NCBI GenBank assembly: GCA_964016885.1
Contig: OZ024763.1
Coordinates: 1,984,001 to 2,048,000 of the forward strand
Direction: 5' to 3'
Origin: Eledone cirrhosa
Taxonomy: Eukaryota
Length of the DNA: 64,000 bases
Below are positions 54,165 to 64,000 of this stretch, in pieces. Numbering within the stretch: position 1 is the stretch's first letter; each line of letters opens with the position of its first letter. The notes under the pieces were generated by a model that was not told where the DNA came from, ran no database searches, and worked only from the letters and a program-made list of their open reading frames with translations. The position numbers and the translations under genes were made by a program.

Positions 54165-56399
54165 TAAATATAGAGTCATGTAAATGTTATGTGAGATATT
54201 ATGTGAGGTAAAGCTTTACTGTGAAAATACAATAGTATATATAGAGTAATGTAAATATTATGTGAGATATTATGTGAGGTAAAGCCTTTACTGTGAAAAT
54301 ACAATAGTATATATAGAGTCATGTAAATGTTATGTGAGATATTATGTGAGGTAAAGCCTTTACTGTGAAAATACAATAGTATATATAAAGTAATGTAAAT
54401 GTTATGTGAGGTATTATGTGAGGTAAAGCCTTTACCATGAAAATACAATAGTGTATATAGAGTAATGTAAATGTTATGTGAGGTAAAGTCTTTACTGTGA
54501 AAATACAATAGTATATATAGAGTAATGTAAAGGTTATATGAGATATTATGTGAGGTAAAGCCTTTACTGTGACAATACAATAGTATATATAGAGTAATGT
54601 AAATGTTAAGTGAGATATTATGTGAGGTAAAGCCTTTACTGTGACAATACAATAGTATATATAGAGTAATGTAAATGTTAAGTGAGATATTATGTGAGGT
54701 AAAACCTTTACTGTGAAAATACAATAGTATATATAGAGTAATGTAAATGTTATGTGAGATATTATGTGAGGTAAAGCCTTTACTGTGACAATACAATAGT
54801 ATATATAGAGTAATGTAAATGTTATGTGAGATATTATGTGAGGTAAAGCCTTTACTGTGAACATACAATAGTATATATAGAGTCATGTAAATGTTATGTG
54901 AGATATTATGTGAGGTAAAGCCTTTACTGTGACAATACAATAGTATATATAGAGTAATGTAGATGTTATGTGAGATATTATTTGAGGTAAAGCCTTTACT
55001 GTGATAATACAATAGTATATATAGAGTAATGTAAATGTTATGTGAGATATTATGTGAGGTAAAGCCTTTACTGTGAAAATACAATAGTATATATAGAGTA
55101 ATGTAAATGTTATGTGAGATATTATGTGAGGTAAAGTCTTTACTGTGAAAATACAATAGTATATATAGAGTAATGTAAATGTTATGTGAGATATTACGTG
55201 AGGTAAAGCCTTTACTGTGAAAATACAATAGTATATATAATGTAAATGTTATGTGAGATATTATGTGAGGTAAAGCCTTTACTGTGAAAATACAATAGTA
55301 AATATAGAGTAATGTAAATGTTATGTGAGATATTATGTGAGGTAAAGCCTTTACTGTGACAATACAATAGTATATATAGAGTAATGTAAATGTTATGTGA
55401 GATATTACGTGAGGTAAAGCCTTTACTGTGAAAATACAATAGTATATATAGAGTAATGTAAATGTTATGTGAGGTATTATGTGAGGTAAAGCCTTTACTG
55501 TGACAATACAATAGTATATATAGAGTAATGTAAATGTTATGTGAGATATTATGTGAGGTAAAGCCTTTACTGTGAACATACAATAGTATATATAGAGTCA
55601 TGTAAATGTTATGTGAGATATTATGTGAGGTAAAGCCTTTACTGTGACAATACAATAGTATATATAGAGTAATGTAGATGTTATGTGAGATATTATTTGA
55701 GGTAAAGCCTTTACTGTGATAATACAATAGTATATATAGAGTAATGTAAATGTTATGTGAGATATTATGTGAGGTAAAGCCTTTACTGTGAAAATACAAT
55801 AGTATATATAGAGTAATGTAAATGTTATGTGAGATATTATGTGAGGTAAAGACTTTACTGTGAAAATACAATAGTATATATAGAGTAATGTAAATGTTAT
55901 GTGAGATATTATGTGTGGTAAAGCCTTTACTGTGAAAATACAATAGTATATATAGAGTAATGTAAATGTTATGTGAGATAATATGTGAGGTAAAGCCTTT
56001 ACTGTGACAATACAATAGTATATATAGAGTAATGTAAATGTTATGTGAGATATTATGTGAGGTAAAGCCTTTACTGTGAACATACAATAGTATATATAGA
56101 GTCATGTAAATGTTATGTGAGATATTATGTGAGGTAAAGCCTTTACTGTGACAATACAATAGTATATATAGAGTAATGTAGATGTTATGTGAGATATTAT
56201 TTGAGGTAAAGCCTTTACTGTGATAATACAATAGTATATATAGAGTAATGTAAATGTTATGTGAGATATTATGTGAGGTAAAGCCTTTACTGTGAAAATA
56301 CAATAGTATATATAGAGTAATGTAAATGTTATGTGAGATATTATGTGAGGTAAAGACTTTACTGTGAAAATACAATAGTATATATAGAGTAATGTAAAT
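54165..56399. repeat. 72-bp minisatellite, about 31 copies, with higher-order blocks
   Basis: agagtaatgtaaatgttatgtgagatattatgtgaggtaaagcctttactgtgaaaatacaatagtatatat. Confidence 0.97.
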
Positions 56400-56478
56400 A
56401 CTAAAGGGTTAAACCACTAAAATCTGTGCCTCCTTCAAAACATCACTCACCATTTTTACCTTCTTTATTATTTTCCAG

Positions 56479-56817
56479 GGGAAGGCATTATCCAGTTTAA
56501 ATTCAACATGCCATCATCCCACATTGATGGAGGAGGGTCGGAGTTTCTAAGGAGTCAGCACTCACCAATGTTACCGAGGGCGAGGCAGTGGCTGGAGAAA
56601 AATGTCCGAGGGGCAATCAGAGCTGACATTACACATACTCCTCCACACACTCCACCTCCTCCTCCTCCCCCTGTCATTCCGTCGGATATGGAACATTCTA
56701 GTAACAATCACTTCACCCGTAACACCCAACAAAACTGTCTGTGGACTACCAGTATTGATGAGACAGAAGAAACCATGTCCGAACTTGATGTTGACTGTTA
56801 TGATCAAAAGCTGCAAG
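56479..56817 (+). CDS. Internal coding exon of an unidentified host gene (proline-rich, probably disordered)
   Basis: Acceptor ttctttattattttccag, donor AAG|gtaaga, 339 nt, phase 1-1, open frame EGIIQFKFNMPSSHIDGGGSEFLRSQHSPMLPRARQWLEKNVRG..PPPPPPP..ELDVDCYDQKLQ. Confidence 0.75.
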
Positions 56818-56904
56818 GTAAGACCACCCCTGTTATTAATTACCATATTTCCCGGTGCCGAAGATACTCCCCCTTATTTTGAGAACCAAAAATTAAAAAA
56901 AAAT

Positions 56905-57330
56905 AATGGTTTCTTATATAGGAAAAAAGGCCAGCAATTTTCGGAGAGAGGGGGAGAGTCGATTAAATCGACCCCAGTGCCTGTCTGTTACTTTCTTCTA
57001 TCGGCCCCGTAAGGATGAGAGGTAAAGTTAACCTCGGCGAGATTTGAACTTAGATCGTAAAGGGCCGTAACTCTATGCTGCAAAGCATGGCTCCCGACTC
57101 TCCACCGATACTGCCAATTCACCGCCTTATTTGAAAAAAATAATTGTTTCTACTTTAGGCACAAGGCCAGAAATTTCCAGTGTATTACTGGTACTTTATT
57201 TTATCAACACCGTAAGGATGAAAGGCAAAGTTAACCTCGGCGGGATTTGAACTCAGAATGGCAAGGGCCGTAACTCTATGCATCAAAGCATGGAGTCCGA
57301 CCCTCCACCGATACTGCCAATTCACCGCCC
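56905..57330 (-). mobile_element. Two tandem SINE family B copies
   Basis: About 56905-57128 and 57140-57330. Confidence 0.85.
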
Positions 57331-57639
57331 TATTTGAAAAAAATAATAAACAACCTTTGGCCCCCAGGACACATGGTAGATTTTTGAGACTTATTTTAGG
57401 AAATAAGTAGCATCTTCGGCGCCAGGAAATATAATAGTTTGTTTTTTGTTTTTAAAATTTCCTTCATATTTTTTTTACTTATTTTCAAAATTATTTAAAA
57501 CACATCATTTAACAATTTTTAAAGTAATTTTCTAGAGACCAGCTTACTAATAACAAATTTACCATATTTACTTCAATATAATCTGAGTATTATGTGGCTA
57601 AAAAGAAGGTTTATGATAAAATGGGAACGGGATGGCTTC

Positions 57640-57995
57640 ATTATCATCATCATCGTTTAATGTCTATCTTCCACGCTAACATGGGTTACTTGAGGCAAGA
57701 TTGATCAGGTGACCATGTCTCGCTCATATAGGACTGTATCTGGCAGGTTTTCTATGGCTGGATGTCCTTCCTAACACCAACCGCTTTACAGTGTGGACTG
57801 GGTGCTTTTTGTTGTGACACCTACACGACCACTTTACAGCGTGGACTGGGTGCTTTTTGTCGTGACACCTACGCGACCACTTTACAGCGTGGACTGGGTG
57901 CTTTTTGTTGTGTCACCTACATGACCACTTTGCAGCGTGGACTGGGTGCTTTTTGTTGTGTCACCTACATGACCACTTTAGTGTGGACTGGATGT
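57640..57995 (-). mobile_element. RTE 3' tail fragment with 46-bp internal tandem repeats
   Basis: (cat)n, gatgtccttcctaacaccaacc, repeated cactttacagcgtggactgggtgc. Confidence 0.8.
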
Positions 57996-58414
57996 TCTGT
58001 GGTTTAGCTGCCTCAATTTATAAAATGGGGTTTGGATTTTTGGCAATCTCTCAGACATAAAACCAGGGTGGAATTATATTCAAGTATATATGGTTATTTG
58101 CAAAATTAATTAAAACACATCGTTAGTGTATTTCATTAGAAACACAGTAATCAAATGGTTAATACATTTCTCTGGAGACCAGCTTATTATAATGAAAATT
58201 CCTTCAAACATTTCGTTATTTTCATAATTAATTGAAACACATCGTTAATGTATTTCATTAGAAATAAGGCAGTAAAAGGGTTAAAGAGAAGTTAAAAATA
58301 AAAGAAGCTATTTCTACATGGTTAGTTGAATTGCTAATAAGAGCAGCCAAATCTCCCTCAAATTTCACTCTAATATATATATATATATATCTTTAAAAGT
58401 AGGATACATTGAAT

Positions 58415-59495
58415 AATGGTTTCTTATATAGGCACAAGGCCAGCAATTTTGGGGGAGAGAAAAGTTGGTTAAATCAAACCCAGTGCATTACTGGTACTTT
58501 ATTTTATCAACCCCGTAAGGATGAAAGGCAAAGCTAACCTCGGCGGGATTTGAACTCAGATCGTAAAGGGGCGTAGCTCTATGCCATAAAACATATTGTC
58601 CAACGCTCTACCAATAATTGTTTCTACTTTTGGCACAAGGCCAGCAATTACCCAGTGCATTACTGGTACTTTATTTTATCGACCCCGTAAGGATGAAAGG
58701 CAAAGTCAACCTCGGCGGGATTTGAACTCAGATCGTAAAGGGACGTAACTATGCTGGAAAGCATGGCGTCCAACCCTCTACCGATACTGCCAATCCACCG
58801 CCCTAACATGGCGTCCGACTCTCTACTGATACTGCCAATCCACCACCCTAACATGGCGTCCGACCCTCTACCGATACTGCCAATCTACCACCCTAACATG
58901 GCGTCTGACCCTCTACCGATACTGCCAATCCACCGCCCTAACATGGCGTCCGACCCTCTACCGATACTGCCAATCTACCGCCCTAACATGGCGTCCGACT
59001 CTCTACCGATACTGCCAATCCACCGCCCTAACATGGCGTCCGACCCTCTACCGATACTGCCAATCCACCGCCCTAACATGGCGTCCGACCCTCTACCGAT
59101 ACTGCCAATCCACCGCCCTAACATGGCGTCCGACCCTCTACCGATACTGCCAATCCACCGCCCTAACATGGCGTCCGACCCTCTACCGATACTGCCAATC
59201 CACCACCCTAACATGGCGTCCGACCCTCTACCGACACTGCCAATCTACCGCTCTATCAATAATTGTTTCTACTTTTGGCACAAGGCCAGCAATTACCCAG
59301 TGTATTAAGAATATTAGTAATAATTGTTTCTACTTTTGGCACAAGGCCAGCAATTACCCAGTGTATTAAGAATATTAGTAATAATTGTTTCTACTTTTGG
59401 CACAAGGCCAGCAATTACTCAGTACATTACTGGTACTTTTTTATCGACCCCGTAAGGATGAAAGGCAAAGTTGACCTCGGCGGGACTTGAACTCC
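58415..59495 (-). mobile_element. Cluster of SINE B copies with a 45-bp head array (about 58762-59250, ~11 copies) and a ~63-bp tail repeat (x3)
   Basis: catggcgtccgaccctctaccgatactgccaatccaccgccctaa units at 58807, 58852 and so on. Confidence 0.88.
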
Positions 59496-59826
59496 GCTCT
59501 ATCAATAATGCCAATCGATTGTCCTTGGATACATTGAATAATGAGATTTCACATTTGTTGTCTTAGACCAGTGGTTCCCAAAGAGAGTTCCACAAAGAAG
59601 TGTCTGGTGTTCCGTGAAAAAAGGTGGAGGAATGTATTTAATATTACAACCATATAACAGTATTGTGTGTTGAAACAAATATTGTTATATATGGGGAGGG
59701 TCATGTTGTAATATTGCCAAAAATAGTAAAACACTCTCACTGTTTGGTTTGGTTTACACTTCTGTATATTTTATATTTCTATAGTTAATTCAGCTGGCAA
59801 TGTTTAGCATTGATTGACCAACAGTT

Positions 59827-59831
<5 letters not shown>

Positions 59832-59860
<29 letters not shown>

Positions 59861-60165
59861 CCGTTTTATGTCCGTTCTTCCATGCTAGCATGGGTTAGAC
59901 GGGTTGTCCTGTTGTGGGCAGTGTCTGGTCGGCTGACCATGCCTTGCTCATACAGGAACTGATTTTGGCTTGATTTCTACAGCTGGATGCCCTTCCTAAC
60001 GCTAACCACATTTACAGTGAGTACTGAGTGCTTTTTGCCATGTGTCCTACAGGACCACTTTACAGTGTGGACTGGGTGCTTTTTGTTGTGACACATTCAC
60101 GTCCACTTTACAGTGTGAGCTAGGTGCTTTTTGTCGTGTCTCCTACATGACTATTTTACAGTGTG
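59832..60165 (-). mobile_element. RTE LINE or SINE 3' tail fragment
   Basis: (cat)n and ctacagctggatgcccttcctaac. Confidence 0.8.
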
Positions 60166-60212
<47 letters not shown>

Positions 60213-60217
<5 letters not shown>

Positions 60218-60301
60218 AACGAGTAGGACCCCGACGGCTGAGCTCAAGCCGTTTCGACGGCTAATTATGATCCACCTGGTTCCTTACCACATTTCCTTCG
60301 T

Positions 60302-60302
<1 letters not shown>
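60213..60302. mobile_element. Internally deleted HHR family H2 element
   Basis: Inverted arm up to the stem II tip, joined directly to the family tail ccacctggttccttaccacatttccttcg. Confidence 0.75.
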
Positions 60303-60338
<36 letters not shown>

Positions 60339-60339
<1 letters not shown>

Positions 60340-60494
60340 GTAGTTCCACAATAGTTAGTTCACCATACCGAGAGGAAATGTTTCACCTTATTTGAATCCT
60401 CAGCTTGGTCTAAATGACATTTAGACTGAGCTGGGGTCCAAATAAGGTGAAACATTTGCTCTCGGTATGGTGAACTAACTATTGTGGAACTACT
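60339..60494. mobile_element. 156-bp hairpin element carrying an HHR 3' half
   Basis: Palindrome centred at 60417; GAAAC at 60449, GTA at 60465; TA-flanked. Confidence 0.65.
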
Positions 60495-60575
60495 TCTACC
60501 AAACTCGTCCCATGGACTGAGTGCTCTACTACTACAGATGTAACCCTCCAGTGTTCTACTATTATATATGTGTGT

Positions 60576-60852
60576 CATCATCATCATCATCATCATCATC
60601 TTTCGTTTAACATCCATCTTCCACGCTAGCATGGGTTAGACGGGAGTTGTCCTACTTGAGGCAAGTTTGGCCGGGTGACCGTGTCTCGCTCATATAGGAC
60701 TATCTGGCAGCTTTTCTACAGCTGGTTGCCCTTCCTAACACCAACCATATTTACAGTGTGGAACTGGGAACTTTTTACCGTGTTACCTACACGGCCACAT
60801 TACAGCGTGGACTGTGTGTTTTTTCGTTGTGACACCTACATGATCTCGATCT
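60576..60852 (-). mobile_element. RTE LINE 3' UTR fragment
   Basis: Close reverse complement of 14235-14607. Confidence 0.85.
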
Positions 60853-61199
60853 CATTATCGCATTTATTTGGACTGGATGTTATATATATATATAGAGAGA
60901 GAGAGATATGTTAAATGTTATTTTGATAATGAAATAATTGACAATTTTATTAAACTTTCCCAACCCAATTCTTTGATAATTACAGCAATTACTGTGTCTT
61001 TCATTAGAAATGTTGTAACAAAAGGGTTAATCCCAATTTCTTCTCAATTTCTTGTAATTCCTTTTAATGATTGGCATTTCTCTGACCGTCACCTCTTGTC
61101 ATCAATTACAGAGTCATTGATCTATCATTGGTTGGTGATCTAGATGTATCTCTGACCACTTTGGAAAGTATATGAGGCTCATGTGTTAACATATTTCCT

Positions 61200-61925
61200 G
61201 ACACACACACACACATACATATATATACAATCATAAACATACACATACATGCACACACACACATACATATATATACAATCATAAACATACACATGCACAC
61301 ACACACACACATATACAATCATAAACATACACATGCATGCACACACACATACATATACATATACAATCATAAACATACACATGCATGCACACACACACAC
61401 ACATATATACAATCATAAACATACACATGCATGCACACACACATATATACAATCATAAACATACACATGCATGCACACACACACACACATATATACAATC
61501 ATAAACATACACATGCATGCACACACACATATATACAATCATAAACATACACGTACATGCACACACACACACATACATATATATACAATCATAAACATAC
61601 ACATGCATGCACACACACACGCACACACATATATATACAATCATAAACATACACATGCACACACACACACACATATACAATCATAAACATACACATGCAT
61701 GCACACACACATACATATACATATACAATCATAAACATACACATGCATGCACACACACACACACACATATATACAATCATAAACATACACATGCATGCAC
61801 ACACACATATATACAATCATAAACATACACATGCATGCACACACACATATATACAATCATAAACATACACATGCATGCACACACACACACATACACACTC
61901 AAACATGCACACACACACACACACA
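61200..61925. repeat. CA-rich ~44-bp minisatellite
   Basis: atacaatcataaacatacacatgcatgc(ac)n units. Confidence 0.9.
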
Positions 61926-62210
61926 CATATCAGTCACCTGATCTGATTTGCCTCACAACAGGACCACTCATCTAACCCATGCTAACATGGAAAAATGGTT
62001 GTTAAATGATGATGATGATAGAAATATCTAATGATGAGGTAAAGTGACATGTGATTAATTATAAGAGGTGAATGTCAGAGAACTGTGGGTGGGGCACTCA
62101 TTAGAATCATCCTATCCTGTACTACCCCCAGTCGTCTAGTGGGACACCCCATAAAAAAAACAAAAAGATAATTAGAATCAGTCAGCTGAAAAGAATTTGA
62201 CACATTGATT

Positions 62211-64000
62211 AAACCTTTAATTACCAACCCCAGCCAAAACCAGCTCTGGTTCTATGAAATAAAACCATCCATTGTAACCCTTTAGTTACCAACCCCAGCC
62301 AAAACCAGCTGTGGTTCTATGAAATAAAACCATCCATTTTAACCCTTTAGTTACCAACCCCAGCCAAAACCAGCTCTGGTTCTATGAAATAAAACCATCC
62401 ATTGTAACCCTTTAATTACCAACCCCAGCCAAAACCAGCTCTGGTTCTATGAAATAAAACCACCTATTTTAACCCTTTAGTTACCAACCCCAGCCAAAAC
62501 CAGCTCTGGTTCTATGAAATAAAACCATCCATTTTAACCCTTTAGTTACCAACCCCAGCCAAAACCAGCTCTGGTTCTATGAAATAAAACCATCCATTTT
62601 AACCCTTTAGTTACCAACCCCAGCCAAAACCAGCTCTGGTTCTATGAAATAAAACCACCTATTTTAACCCTTTAGTTACCAACCCCAGCCAAAACCAGCT
62701 CTGGTTCTATGAAATAAAACCATCCATTTTAACCCTTTAGTTACCAACCCCAGCCAAAGCCAGCTCTGGTTCTATGAAATAAAACCATCCATTTTAACCC
62801 TTTAGTTACCAACCCCAGCCAAAGCCAGCTCTGGTTCTATGAAATAAAACCATCCATTTTAACCCTTTAGTTACCAACCCCAGCCAAAACCAGCTCTGGT
62901 TCTATGAAATAAAACCATCCATTTTAACCCTTTAGTTACCAACCCCAGCCAAAACCAGCTCTGGTTCTATGAAATAAAACCATCCATTTTAACCCTTTAG
63001 TTACCAACCCCAGCCAAAACCAGCTCTGGTTCTATGAAATAAAACCATCCATTTTAACCCTTTAGTTACCAACCCCAGCCAAAACCAGCTCTGGTTCTAT
63101 GAAATAAAACCATCCATTTTAACCCTTTAGTTACCAACCCCAGCCAAAACCAGCTCTGGTTCTATGAAATAAAACCACCTATTTTAACCCTTTAGTTACC
63201 AACCCCAGCCAAAACCAGCTCTGGTTCTCTGAAATAAAACCATCCATTTTAACCCTTTAGTTACCAACCCTAGCCAAAACCAGCTCTGGTTCTATGAAAT
63301 AAAACCATCCATTGTAACCCTTTAATTACCAACCCCAGCCAAAACCAGCTCTGGTTCTATGAAATAAAACCATCCATTGTAACCCTTTAGTTACCAACCC
63401 CAGCCAAAACCAGCTCTGGTTCTATGAAATAAAACCATCCATTTTAACCCTTTAGTTACCAACCCCAGCCAAAACCAGCTCTGGTTCTATGAAATAAAAC
63501 CACCTATTTTAACCCTTTAGTTACCAACCCCAGCCAAAACCAGCTCTGGTTCTCTGAAATAAAACCACCTATTTTAACCCTTTAATTACCAACCCCAGCC
63601 AAAACCAGCTCTGGTTCTATGAAATAAAACCACCTATTTTAACCCTTTAATTACCAACCCCAGCCAAAACCAGCTCTGGTTCTATGAAATAAAACCACCT
63701 ATTTTAACCCTTTAATTACCAACCCCAGCCAAAACCAGCTCTGGTTCTATGAAATAAAACCACCTATTTTAACCCTTTAATTACCAACCCCAGCCAAAAC
63801 CAGCTCTGGTTCTATGAAATAAAACCACCTATTTTAACCCTTTAATTACCAACCCCAGCCAAAACCAGCTCTGGTTCTATGAAATAAAACCACCTATTTT
63901 AACCCTTTAATTACCAACCCCAGCCAAAACCAGCTCTGGTTCTATGAAATAAAACCACCTATTTTAACCCTTTAATTACCAACCCCAGCCAAAACCAGCT
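62211..64000. repeat. 65-bp satellite, at least 27 copies, running off the window end
   Basis: aaccctttagttaccaaccccagccaaaaccagctctggttctatgaaataaaaccatccatttt at 62341, 62406 and so on. Confidence 0.97.

Noticed and set aside
54176-56375. Cys/His-containing repeat ORFs suggesting C2H2 zinc fingers
   Set aside because: The 24-aa period lacks C-x2-C...H-x3-H spacing and the TGEKP linker.
59569-59720. hAT-like terminus cagtggttcccaa (similar cagcgcttctca at 37760)
   Set aside because: No matching second TIR or 8-bp TSD identified; too little to call.

Overview
Eukaryotic, AT-rich, repeat-saturated animal DNA; the SINE/LINE inventory points to a coleoid cephalopod, probably Octopus (inference from repeat families). 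Nearly all ORFs in the supplied track are microsatellite artefacts. Supported content: one 5'-truncated RTE-clade LINE with an uninterrupted RT reading frame and a PHD-type finger (12592-14607); many copies of two tRNA-derived SINE families, one sharing its 3' tail with the RTE LINE; about ten minisatellite arrays, several amplified from pieces of transposons; a 200-N gap with a duplicated flank; and two or three probable host exons on the + strand. The main discovery is a dense set of at least 15 type I hammerhead-ribozyme (HHR) motifs or half-motifs. They sit in short non-coding elements embedded in (TA)n tracts, belong to several unrelated sequence families, and often form near-perfect DNA palindromes whose turning point lies in or next to the ribozyme. 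This looks like a (TA)n-associated, Penelope-like pseudo-LTR/retrozyme-type system. All base-pairings were folded by eye and not computed.
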